Shown here: one piece after another, positions 43,388-51,846 of the stretch
How positions within the stretch are numbered: position 1 is the stretch's first letter
Layout: every line of letters starts with the position of its first letter
NCBI GenBank assembly: GCA_036012905.1
Contig: DASCQF010000126.1
Location: 13,165-77,164, forward strand
Direction: 5' to 3'
Length of the DNA stretch: 64,000 nucleotides
Source: Vicinamibacterales bacterium
GTDB taxonomy: Bacteria; Acidobacteriota; Vicinamibacteria; Vicinamibacterales; UBA8438
The notes under the pieces: generated by a model
What the model was told of the DNA's origin: nothing
The model's database searches: none
What the model saw: the letters and a program-made list of their open reading frames with translations, nothing else
Translations under genes and position numbers: made by a program

Positions 43388-44434
43388 CTAGAGAATAAGC
43401 ATCGCGTCGCCATAGCTGTAAAAGCGGTAGTCTCGGTGGACCGCTTCGGCGTAGGCCGCCAGCAGAGGCTCCCGTCCGGCGAAGGCGCAGGCGAGCATCA
43501 GCAACGACGACCGTGGCAGATGAAAGTTGGTGAACAGGGCCCCAATGACCCTGAATGTCACGCCGGGAAACAGATACAGGTCGGTGACCCCGACGCCGGC
43601 AGACAGACGACCGCCCCCCTTCCGAACCGCCGTTTCGAGCGTGCGGCACGTAGTGGTGCCAACCGCCACGATCCGTCGTCCCGAATCGAGCGCTCGGTTG
43701 ACCGCGGCGGCGGTGGCCGCCGGCACATCGTATGCCTCCGGCTCGACACGGTGCTCCTCGACCCGCTCCACGCGGATCGGCTGAAACGTGCCATACCCAA
43801 CGTGCAGAGTCACCCGTTCGACCTCGATCCCCCGCTTCCGGAGACGCCTCAGCAGGGCGTGGGTCAGATGGAGTCCGGCTGTCGGCGCCGCCACGGAGCC
43901 GCGGACCGTCGCATACACGGTCTGGTACCGCTCGCCGTCGATCGTGTCGTCCGGTCGCTTGATGTAGGGTGGCAGTGGCACGTGTCCGAGCCTGTCGATT
44001 GCCGATTCGACCGAGGTCCCGTCCTCTACCCAGAGCCGGACAGTGCGCCGCCCGTGAAACCGGCGCTCGAGCACCTCGCCGCGCAGCCGGAGGCCGTCGG
44101 TTTCGAACACGACAGCGGCGCCAACCCGCAGCTTCTGCCCAGGATGCATCAGGGCGTCCCACCGCTCGTCGTCGATTCGAGCAAGCAGCAGACACTCGAC
44201 CGCCCCGCCACTCGGCACACGATGGCCGAGCAGCCGCGCCGGAAACACCCGTGTGTCATTCACGACGACTAGATCGCTCGGCGACAGCAATTCGGGCAGA
44301 TCGGTGACCGTCCGGTGCGACAGCACGCCACTGCCGCGGTCGAGGACCAGCAACCGCGCCGCCTCCCGGTCGGACGTCGGCGATTGCGCAATCCGATCCG
44401 CCGGCAGCTCGAAATCGAAGTCGGAGACGAGCAT
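43388..44434 (-). CDS. queA: S-adenosylmethionine:tRNA ribosyltransferase-isomerase
   Basis: MLVSDFDFELPADRIAQSP N-terminus, VPLPPYI, and AAPTAGLH motifs. The upstream part of the 396-aa ORF covers repeat DNA and is rejected. Confidence 0.92.
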   Translation of the reverse strand: MLVSDFDFELPADRIAQSPTSDREAARLLVLDRGSGVLSHRTVTDLPELLSPSDLVVVNDTRVFPARLLGHRVPSGGAVECLLLARIDDERWDALMHPGQKLRVGAAVVFETDGLRLRGEVLERRFHGRRTVRLWVEDGTSVESAIDRLGHVPLPPYIKRPDDTIDGERYQTVYATVRGSVAAPTAGLHLTHALLRRLRKRGIEVERVTLHVGYGTFQPIRVERVEEHRVEPEAYDVPAATAAAVNRALDSGRRIVAVGTTTCRTLETAVRKGGGRLSAGVGVTDLYLFPGVTFRVIGALFTNFHLPRSSLLMLACAFAGREPLLAAYAEAVHRDYRFYSYGDAMLIL

Positions 44435-44472
44435 GGGAACGAAACGCGGATCCAGGCTCTCCGCATCACTCA

Positions 44473-44500
44473 GGCTACGGGCTACAGGCTTCAGGCGCTC
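44473..44500 (+). repeat. GGCTACR heptamer array (GGCTACG GGCTACA GGCTTCA GGCGCTC)
   Basis: Read directly from the sequence, in the queA 5' leader. It is the inverted partner of 44594-44642. Confidence 0.75.
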
Positions 44501-44593
44501 TTGGGGTGCGCTCGACACGGCACAACTGCGCCGGATGTAGCCGACCCCACACCGGTCGCCCGGCCAGGCGGCGCGCACGCAGCCGACTGGCCA

Positions 44594-44642
44594 GAGCGCC
44601 TGTAGCCCGTAGCCTGCAGCCTATTGCCCGTAGCCTGCAACC
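44594..44642 (-). repeat. GGCTACR heptamer array, 7 units, inverted orientation
   Basis: The plus strand reads GAGCGCC TGTAGCC CGTAGCC TGCAGCC TATTGCC CGTAGCC TGCAACC. It lies between the fabH stop and the queA leader. Confidence 0.75.
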
Positions 44643-44655
44643 AGGTGTACGTCGC

Positions 44656-45693
44656 TCAATATGCCCACCGTAGCAGCACGGCACCGACGGTGAACCCGGC
44701 GCCGACCGAGGCGAGCAGCACGAGGTCGCCCTTCTTCAGCCGACCGGCTGCAAGCGCGTCGGCCAGGGCCAGCGGAATGGTGGCGCCGGTCGTGTTTCCG
44801 AAGCGGTCGATATTGATGACCACCTTCTCCTCCGGAAGGCCGAGCTGGTCGGCAGCGGCCATGATGATCCGCCGGTTCGCCTGATGCGACACGAAGAGAT
44901 CCACATCGCTCGCCTGCAACCGATTTCGGTCGAGAATTCGACGGCTGATCTCGCCGGTCTTCCGCACCGCAAACTTGAATACCGCCGCACCGTCCTGATG
45001 CACGTAGTGCAGCCGCTGGTCGACCGTCTCGTGTGAGGCCGGCAACCGGCTGCCCCCAGCCGGCATACGCAGCGCCTGACCGCCGCTACCGTCCACCTCG
45101 TGGGCGAAATCGATGACACGCAGCGCCGGGTCCACCGCGGGCGACACGACAACCGCTCCCGCACCGTCACCGAAGATCACACAGGTCGTGCGATCTTCGT
45201 AGTTGATGATCCGAGACATGACGTCGGCCCCGATGGCCAGCGCATGGTCGTGCGCCCCGGCGGCCACCATCTGGACAGCGGTGGTCAGCGAGTAGGTGAA
45301 CCCGGAGCAGGCGGCGCCCAGATCGAATCCCCAGGCCCCCTTGGCACCGATCTTGTCCTGGACCAAACAGGCGGTGCTCGGGAAGAACGTGTCTGGCGTG
45401 GTCGTCCCGACCACGAGAAACTCGATGTCAGTCGGTGTCAGGTGCGCCTGTTCTATCGCGCCCTGCGCCGCCTCGGCCGCCAGATCCGAGGTCGCCACGT
45501 CGTCGTCGGCGATATGGCGCTCTCGAACACCGGTGCGCTGCAGGATCCACTCGTTCGACGTGTCGACCATTCGCTCGAGGTCGGCGTTGGTCAGCACCCG
45601 CGGTGGCACACAGGTGGCCAGCGAGGAGATCTGCACGCGCCGAAGCACCCGCGACCGACCGTCATCGGTTGGGCTCATGACCGCGTCGCTCAT
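44656..45693 (-). CDS. fabH: beta-ketoacyl-ACP synthase III
   Basis: Active-site Cys context LGAACSGFTYSL. His/Asn regions are FVSHQAN and GNTTGATIPLAL. Confidence 0.92.
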   Translation of the reverse strand: MSDAVMSPTDDGRSRVLRRVQISSLATCVPPRVLTNADLERMVDTSNEWILQRTGVRERHIADDDVATSDLAAEAAQGAIEQAHLTPTDIEFLVVGTTTPDTFFPSTACLVQDKIGAKGAWGFDLGAACSGFTYSLTTAVQMVAAGAHDHALAIGADVMSRIINYEDRTTCVIFGDGAGAVVVSPAVDPALRVIDFAHEVDGSGGQALRMPAGGSRLPASHETVDQRLHYVHQDGAAVFKFAVRKTGEISRRILDRNRLQASDVDLFVSHQANRRIIMAAADQLGLPEEKVVINIDRFGNTTGATIPLALADALAAGRLKKGDLVLLASVGAGFTVGAVLLRWAY

Positions 45694-45734
45694 TTCTGCC
45701 GCATCATCCTTTCTTCAGACACGCGACCACGGTA

Positions 45735-46766
45735 CTACCAGAGCCGGCTCTCGCGGTCTGGCACCGGCATACCGAAGTAATCGTAGGCGCGGGCGGTCGC
45801 CACCCGCCCACGGGGAGTCCTATCGAGGAATCCAATCTGGATCAGAAACGGCTCGTAGATATCCTCGATCGCCTCCTTCTCCTCGCTGATGGCGGCGGCA
45901 ATGCTGTTCAAGCCGACCGGTCCACCCCCGAACTTGTCGATGATGGCCCGGAGCAGCCGCCGGTCCGCTTCGTCGAATCCGTTGGTATCCACCTCGAGCA
46001 ACTCCAGCGCCCGCAACGCCACCGGCCGGGTGATGGCGCCATCAGCCCGCACCTGGGCGAAGTCTCGCACGCGGCGCAGCAGCCGGTTGGCCACCCGCGG
46101 GGTGCCGCGCGAGCGACGGGCGAGCTCGGCGGTGGCATCGTCGTCGATCGGCACGCCGAAGATCCCGGCCGAGCGCCGGACAATCTCCTGGAGGTCCACG
46201 TCGCGGTAGAAATCCAGCCGATGGACGATACCAAATCTGGCGCGTAGCGGCGACGTGAGCAGCCCGGCGCGGGTCGTCGCCCCGATTAAGGTGAACCGCT
46301 GCACCGGCACCTTCACCGAGCGCGCGCTCGGTCCCTGGCCGATGATGATGTCGAGCTCGTAGTCCTCCATCGCCGGATAGAGGATCTCCTCGATCACCGG
46401 GCTCATCCTGTGAATCTCGTCGATGAAGAGCACCTCGTGCTCTTTGAGATTCGTCAGGATGGCGGCCAGGTCACCGGGCTTCTCCAGCACGGGCCCTGCC
46501 GTCGTCCTGATCGGCACGCCGAGCTCGTTGGCAATGACATAAGCCAGGGTGGTCTTGCCGAGCCCAGGCGGGCCGTAGAGCAGGACATGGTCGAGCGCTT
46601 CGCCACGCTGCCGTGTGGCCGCGATGGAGACCTCGAGGTTCTCGCGCAGTCGCTCCTGGCCGACATAGGTGTCGAGGCTCCGAGGGCGCAACCCCTCCTC
46701 GAACTGGTCGTCGTCACCCAGCCTGACCGAGCTGACCACACGACTTGGCGAGTCCTCGTCGGTCAT
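45735..46766 (-). CDS. ruvB: Holliday junction branch migration helicase RuvB
   Basis: [12 protein letters not shown], Walker [12 protein letters not shown], and LFIDEIHR. Confidence 0.97.
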   Translation of the reverse strand: MTDEDSPSRVVSSVRLGDDDQFEEGLRPRSLDTYVGQERLRENLEVSIAATRQRGEALDHVLLYGPPGLGKTTLAYVIANELGVPIRTTAGPVLEKPGDLAAILTNLKEHEVLFIDEIHRMSPVIEEILYPAMEDYELDIIIGQGPSARSVKVPVQRFTLIGATTRAGLLTSPLRARFGIVHRLDFYRDVDLQEIVRRSAGIFGVPIDDDATAELARRSRGTPRVANRLLRRVRDFAQVRADGAITRPVALRALELLEVDTNGFDEADRRLLRAIIDKFGGGPVGLNSIAAAISEEKEAIEDIYEPFLIQIGFLDRTPRGRVATARAYDYFGMPVPDRESRLW

Positions 46767-47359
46767 CGCGCGAGCTCTTTTAGCGCCCGTCTGAGGGTTT
46801 GCTCAAATGCGCCGTCTCCCGCCGCGAGTGCCGCATCCACGGCCCGTTCGGCCAGCGGCCGGTGGTAGCCGAGATTGAGGAGCGCCGACAGCAGGTCGCC
46901 TCGCATGTCGGTCTCGCCCACGTCGATGTCCGGGCCGTCGCGCTCGAGGTCGAGCGTCGCCGGCAGTCGGTCCTTCAGCTCCAGCCCGATCCGCTCGGCG
47001 GTCTTCTTGCCAACGCCCGGAATGCCAGTCAGCCGCACGACGTCCCCCTGACGCACGGCCCGGACGAGGTCGGCGGACTCGATCCCGGACAGGACCGCGA
47101 GCGCGAGCCGCGGACCGATACCGGTGATGCCGATCAGCTGCTCGAACAGCTTGAGCTCGAGCAGGGTCGCGAAACCGAACAGCGCGAGCGTGTCCTCCCG
47201 CACATGGGTATGCACGCGAAACACGACGTCGCCCCCCGGCTCACCCAGCCCGTAGAAGGTGGACAACGGGACCTGCACGTCGTAGCCGACTCCCTGGACG
47301 TCGACGATGACCCGGTTCGGCTGTTTCTCGACCAATCGGCCGCAAAGGCGCGCAATCAT
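46763..47359 (-). CDS. ruvA: Holliday junction DNA-binding protein RuvA
   Basis: [24 protein letters not shown], and HhH motifs GIGPRLA and [12 protein letters not shown]. Confidence 0.95.
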   Translation of the reverse strand: MIARLCGRLVEKQPNRVIVDVQGVGYDVQVPLSTFYGLGEPGGDVVFRVHTHVREDTLALFGFATLLELKLFEQLIGITGIGPRLALAVLSGIESADLVRAVRQGDVVRLTGIPGVGKKTAERIGLELKDRLPATLDLERDGPDIDVGETDMRGDLLSALLNLGYHRPLAERAVDAALAAGDGAFEQTLRRALKELAR

Positions 47360-47362
47360 CCC

Positions 47363-47908
47363 TCACCCTTGCGGACGAAAATGGCGCCAGCTCCGCGGAC
47401 CGACGGTGTGGCCGGTCTCACCGGCGCGTGTCTGCGGAGACGACGCCGTGTGGGCATGGCAGACCGCGATGGCCAGCGCATCCGACACATCGTACGGGGA
47501 CGGCGCCTCCTCGAGTCCAAGCAGTAGCGCAATCATCTGCTGGACCTGACTCTTGTCCGCCCGTCCATACCCCACGACCGCCGATTTGACCTCGGTTGGC
47601 GCATACTCCGCCACCGGCAGGCCGGCCTTGGAGGCGGCCAGGATCGCCACTCCCCGGACGTGCCCCAACTTCAGCGCGCTGCGCGCATTTCGGGCGTAGA
47701 AGACATCCTCGATCGCAACCCACTCCGGACGATGCGCGGCCAACAGCGAGGCCAGCTCGTCGTATATCCGAGTCAGCTTATCTGGAAACGGGGTGCGGGC
47801 AGACACCGCGATGGCGCCGCACACTACGAGGCGGCATCGGCTGCCATCGGTATCGATACAGCCATACCCGGTGCACGCGGAGCCGGGGTCGATCCCGAAA
47901 ATCCTCAC
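47363..47908 (-). CDS. ruvC: crossover junction endodeoxyribonuclease RuvC
   Basis: MRIFGIDPGSACTGYG, and the catalytic acidic residues context EDVFYARN. Confidence 0.95.
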   Translation of the reverse strand: MRIFGIDPGSACTGYGCIDTDGSRCRLVVCGAIAVSARTPFPDKLTRIYDELASLLAAHRPEWVAIEDVFYARNARSALKLGHVRGVAILAASKAGLPVAEYAPTEVKSAVVGYGRADKSQVQQMIALLLGLEEAPSPYDVSDALAIAVCHAHTASSPQTRAGETGHTVGPRSWRHFRPQG

Positions 47909-48654
47909 GCCAGCGAGGCCTCGATCTCCTTCTCGCTGACGTCGAAGTTCGACCAGACGTGTTGGACGTCGTCCAGATCCTCGAGCGCGCCCATCAACTT
48001 CAGCATCTGCTGGGCCGGCTTCCCTTCCAGCGTGACGTAGTTCTGCGGCAGCATGGCGACCTCAGCGGTCGTCGTCTCGACCCCGAGCGCCCGGACCGCC
48101 TCGGCCACCGCATCGAATGTGTCGGGCGAGCTGATGATCTCCCACTTCCCGTCCTCGTCGCGGAAGTCGTCGGCGCCGGCGTCGATGGCGGCCGTCATCA
48201 GCGCCTCTTCGTCGGCGGCGGTCTTCTCGACCAGGATGTAGCCCCGCTTGTCGAACATCCAGGCCACGCTGTTCGACGAACCGAGGTTCCCGCCATGCTT
48301 GGTCAGCAAGTGGCGTATCTCGCCGACGGCGCGGTTCTTGTTGTCGGTCAGCACGTCGAGCAGCAGGGCGACACCGCCCGGCCCGTAGCCCTCGTAGGAG
48401 GTCTTCTCGTAGTTCACCCCGGGCTCCTCGCCGGTCCCCCGGCGAATCGCGCGTTTGATGTTATCGGCCGGCATGTTGGCCGCCTTGGCGTCGGCGACCA
48501 CCGTCCGCAACCGGGGGTTCATGTCCGGATCGCCTCCGCCGTGACGGGCGGCAACGGTCAGTTCCTTGATGATGCGGGTGAACACCTTGCCGCGCTTGGC
48601 GTCGGCCGCACCCTTCTTGTGCTTGATCGAGTGCCACTTGGAATGGCCGGACAT
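47905..48654 (-). CDS. yebC: YebC/PmpR family DNA-binding transcriptional regulator
   Basis: MSGHSKWHSIKHKKGAADAKRGKVFTRIIKE is an essentially invariant family N-terminus. Confidence 0.95.
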   Translation of the reverse strand: MSGHSKWHSIKHKKGAADAKRGKVFTRIIKELTVAARHGGGDPDMNPRLRTVVADAKAANMPADNIKRAIRRGTGEEPGVNYEKTSYEGYGPGGVALLLDVLTDNKNRAVGEIRHLLTKHGGNLGSSNSVAWMFDKRGYILVEKTAADEEALMTAAIDAGADDFRDEDGKWEIISSPDTFDAVAEAVRALGVETTTAEVAMLPQNYVTLEGKPAQQMLKLMGALEDLDDVQHVWSNFDVSEKEIEASLA

Positions 48655-48782
48655 CGGTAGGACTCCGTGAGTGTGCTACGCGAAAACGTGGCAAATTCTA
48701 CCACGATTCACCAGCCTCCCATCCCCGTGGCGCCGGTGTGTGGGAGCCGACTCGTGGCTCGCCGGTGGGGCGGTGGCGATGT

Positions 48783-49556
48783 CTACCGCGGCTTTCTGGC
48801 CAGCACGATCCAGGTGTCGGCCTCGGGGTGCCACGCTCCACCTCGGTAGTCGCCGGACACCGCCTCGATCGTGAACCCGGCGCGGCGCAGTCTTCCGGTC
48901 ATCTGGCGCACCGACAGCGTGCGAAAGACCAGCGAGAACCGGTGTGTGGTCCGCGCGCGGCCGCGCCGCTCGACAAACTCCTGGTCGAAGATCGTCAACC
49001 GTTTGGCCCGGTCCTGCCTGACCGACTCGATGAGGCTGATCCGTGTCGCGCCGCCGCGACGGCGTCCACGCAGGCTGACGCGACGGTCGTATTCGCGCCA
49101 GCTCTGGAGGTCCGGCACGAGGTCGATCGCGAACGTCCCGCCACGTCGGAGCACACCCAGGACCGACGTCATCGTGGCTCGCATGTCGCGGTCGCGCAAC
49201 AGCGACTGCAGCACCCCATAGGGCGCCATCACCAACTGGAACCGGCTCGCCGCCAGGAACGGCAACGACCGGACATCTCCCCGGACGAGACGCAGGCTCC
49301 CGTCCACCCTGCCTCGCCGGACCCGGCGGCGAGCCTGCCGAAGCATCGCGTCTGACCGATCGAGACCGACGACATCGTCTACCGACCTGGCAACCGGTAC
49401 CGAGACGCGCCCGGTCCCGCATCCCAGCTCGAGCACCGGTCCGCCGCAGCGCTCGGCCAGACCCTGCCAGAAACGGATGTCGCGACATCCGACCGTCCGC
49501 GCGTTCTCCCAGTCATAGAACGGCGCGTAGTCGTCCCACCCCTGCCAACCTTCCAT
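48783..49556 (-). CDS. class I SAM-dependent methyltransferase
   Basis: Motif I VLELGCGTGRVSVPVA. The start at 49556 (MEGWQGWDDYAPFYDWE) is chosen over the longer ORF. Confidence 0.8.
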   Translation of the reverse strand: MEGWQGWDDYAPFYDWENARTVGCRDIRFWQGLAERCGGPVLELGCGTGRVSVPVARSVDDVVGLDRSDAMLRQARRRVRRGRVDGSLRLVRGDVRSLPFLAASRFQLVMAPYGVLQSLLRDRDMRATMTSVLGVLRRGGTFAIDLVPDLQSWREYDRRVSLRGRRRGGATRISLIESVRQDRAKRLTIFDQEFVERRGRARTTHRFSLVFRTLSVRQMTGRLRRAGFTIEAVSGDYRGGAWHPEADTWIVLARKPR

Positions 49557-49621
49557 GTCGTGCGACTTCTCCCGATAGCGGCTCCTCGGGGAAGGCGAGG
49601 TATTATACGGGCTTCGCTGAC

Positions 49622-50113
49622 ATGTCCTTTCTTCCAGCCTGGGCGCCCAACCTGCACCCGCTCCTGGTGCACTTTCCAGTCTCACTCCTGATCGGCGCCG
49701 CGGCGGTGGACATGATGAGTCTGCTGATGCCGACCAGACCGGCCGTTCGAGACGCCGCCACGCTCTTCTACTGCGCCGGGGCGCTCATGGCGATGACCGC
49801 GTATTTCAGCGGGCTGAGCGCCGCCCAGCACATGGCGGTGTCCCCCGAAGCGAGCACGGCGCTGACCGCCCACTTCACCTGGGCGGATCGGACCACGTGG
49901 TTTTTCGTCTTTTTCGCCTCGTTGCGCATCGCGCTGTCCTACATCTGGCGCCCGACTGCCCACTGGGCGGCGATCGCGGCGTTCGTGGTGGCGCTGGCCG
50001 GCCTCGGGATGCTGGCTGTGACCGCCGACCGGGGAGGACGGCTCGTGTTCCGCCACGGCCTCGGTGTCGCCAGCGTGCCGTCGTCCAGCGGACAACCCTG
50101 GACCCTACCTTAG
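49622..50113 (+). CDS. DUF2231 domain-containing membrane protein
   Basis: LHPLLVHFPVSLLIGAAAVD N-terminal motif and four hydrophobic spans. Confidence 0.65.
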   Translation: MSFLPAWAPNLHPLLVHFPVSLLIGAAAVDMMSLLMPTRPAVRDAATLFYCAGALMAMTAYFSGLSAAQHMAVSPEASTALTAHFTWADRTTWFFVFFASLRIALSYIWRPTAHWAAIAAFVVALAGLGMLAVTADRGGRLVFRHGLGVASVPSSSGQPWTLP

Positions 50114-50211
50114 CAGTCGAGGAAACCGGGCAATCGCCGGGCCGCTTTCGTGGGGCAGGGCTTCAGCCCCGCCTCGCAGGCCTGCAAGGCCTTCGACACG
50201 GGCTACATCTG

Positions 50212-50694
50212 TCAGACGGGGTCGGGCTCCAGCTGATGCGCCATCGGGATGAAGACGATTCCGTTGACCGACCGCTCGGGACCGGTCTGCCGAAACCCGA
50301 GTCGCTCGTAGATCGGCACTCCGAACCTGGACGAGTTGACCGTCACCCGGTCGAGACCCGGTTTGGCGGGACGAGCCACCGACAACGCGCGCGTGAGCAG
50401 CTCCCGTGCGATGCCCTGCCGCTGAAACCGGCCGTCCACGAACAGCAGCGACACGTGGTCGTTGTCACGCAGCTCGATAACCCCAGCAGGGCGGTCAGCG
50501 GACATCGCCACCAGCACGAAATGATTCGACCGCGACCGGTCGACCAGCGCCGCCGGCTGGACATACTTCGTGAACTCGGCGCGGCCTGCGTCTGAATACT
50601 CCTCGGCGATGAACTCGGTGTAAGCGTCGACGATCAGTCGCGACACCGCGTCGGCATCACCCGCCTCCATCGCGCGATAGACGATCGACTCCAT
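50212..50694 (-). CDS. GNAT family N-acetyltransferase
   Basis: The acetyl-CoA binding segment LFVDGRFQRQGIARELLTRAL (Q/RxxGxA motif). Confidence 0.8.
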   Translation of the reverse strand: MESIVYRAMEAGDADAVSRLIVDAYTEFIAEEYSDAGRAEFTKYVQPAALVDRSRSNHFVLVAMSADRPAGVIELRDNDHVSLLFVDGRFQRQGIARELLTRALSVARPAKPGLDRVTVNSSRFGVPIYERLGFRQTGPERSVNGIVFIPMAHQLEPDPV

Positions 50695-50824
50695 CTAGCG
50701 AAACTCCGCCTCGAGACAATTGACGTGGTCAGACATTGCACATGGCTCCGTTTCGCCAGGCAGCTTCCATCACAGCTCCGCTACGCGGGGGCGCCGCCCC
50801 TCGAGTCGGCCGCTTCACGTGCCC

Positions 50825-51259
50825 TCATCGGCCAGATAGCGTCTTCAGATAGTTGACCAGATGCCAGATGTCCTCGTCGTTCATCCGGTTCGAGTAGGGC
50901 TGCATATCGGCGGTCACCCCGTCTCTGATGACCAGAAAGATCTCGCCGTCGCTCGGCCCGTGCAGCCACACGTCGTCGGTGAAGTCCGGCATGTTGCCGC
51001 CCGCATGCGCCATGTCGCCGTCCCCGATGCCGCGATTGCCGTGACACTCTCGGCACATGAACACGTAGCGCTGGCGACCGGTCGCCACCGAGTCCGAACT
51101 CGAGGGAACCGGGTTCTCGAGCGCCTGACCCTCGGCGTGCCGGTGCGGCTCGGGGGGATGCGTCTGGATGGCGGTGGCGACGGGGACGAGAAGACCGGCG
51201 AGAAAACCTAGCGCGACCAGCCACATCACGTTGTACCTGTTCATCACCGTCATGATCAT
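50825..51259 (-). CDS. membrane-anchored class I c-type cytochrome
   Basis: N-terminal hydrophobic anchor, heme motif CRECHG, and a distal Met region ADMQPYSNRM. Confidence 0.75.
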   Translation of the reverse strand: MIMTVMNRYNVMWLVALGFLAGLLVPVATAIQTHPPEPHRHAEGQALENPVPSSSDSVATGRQRYVFMCRECHGNRGIGDGDMAHAGGNMPDFTDDVWLHGPSDGEIFLVIRDGVTADMQPYSNRMNDEDIWHLVNYLKTLSGR

Positions 51260-51290
51260 GGGCCGGCTCCGCTCGCTCTGCTCAGTCCGT

Positions 51291-51839
51291 TCACTCTTCC
51301 GGTGCGTCGAAATTCTCCCACATGTACTCGGGCTGATAAGCGTGGAGATACAGGAAAACCTCGTGCACGAGGTTCACGACCCGGTTGACGCCATACTCGT
51401 GGTGATTCCGTGTCGCCACCAGTTCGAGCGACATGGCGCCCCGGGACAGGACGCACCGCACCCGGGCGCGACGGCGGTCGACCCGCCGGTGCGCCGGCAG
51501 CTTCGGTGAGGCGCGACCGGCGACGAACGCCTGCAGGTCGCGATGCAGTGGCGAGCGCGCCCGCACATTCGGCAGCAGATTCCGGAACACGAAGGCCCCG
51601 GTCCCGGGCGTGTAGCCCAGGGCCAGCGGCTTGGTCCCGAGCCATGAGAATCGGAACCGGTGTCGACTGGCGGTCGACGCCTGCTCGCTGAATCCACGAA
51701 ATACGCCGCGGTCGGCGTAGCCCTGGAGCCGTTCCCGAACCACGGCCAACGACTGGGTCGCCGTCAGCCGAGGTCGGGACGCCGGCCTTGACTTGCTGCT
51801 TTGTCCTGCCTTCTGCCTTCTGACTTCTGACTTTTTCAA
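51291..51839 (-). CDS. hypothetical protein (start uncertain)
   Basis: Long ORF with ordinary composition in its C-terminal ~150 aa. The first ~20 codons (MKKSEVRRQKAGQ...) are a translation of a heptamer array. The real start is therefore probably a downstream GTG/TTG near 51,74x-51,76x. No family recognised. Confidence 0.5.
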   Translation of the reverse strand: MKKSEVRRQKAGQSSKSRPASRPRLTATQSLAVVRERLQGYADRGVFRGFSEQASTASRHRFRFSWLGTKPLALGYTPGTGAFVFRNLLPNVRARSPLHRDLQAFVAGRASPKLPAHRRVDRRRARVRCVLSRGAMSLELVATRNHHEYGVNRVVNLVHEVFLYLHAYQPEYMWENFDAPEE

Positions 51840-51845
51840 GCGCTC
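51782..51845 (+). repeat. Heptamer array element (CTGCCTT CTGCCTT CTGACTT CTGACTT ..AAGCGCTC)
   Basis: Read directly from the sequence, just downstream of the ThDP-enzyme stop. Confidence 0.8.
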
Positions 51846-51846
51846 G

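Noticed and set aside
48676-49488. 270-aa minus-strand ORF overlapping the SAM-methyltransferase gene in another frame
   Set aside because: It is Arg/Pro/Gly/Ala-rich and has no motifs. The alternative frame carries a clear methyltransferase motif I (VLELGCGTG).
50114-50211. Possible additional degenerate GGCTWCR-type array and hairpins between the DUF2231 and GNAT genes
   Set aside because: Only short hairpins (GGGGC..GCCCC, AGGCC-TGCA-AGGCCT) and one or two heptamer-like units are visible. The periodicity is not convincing.
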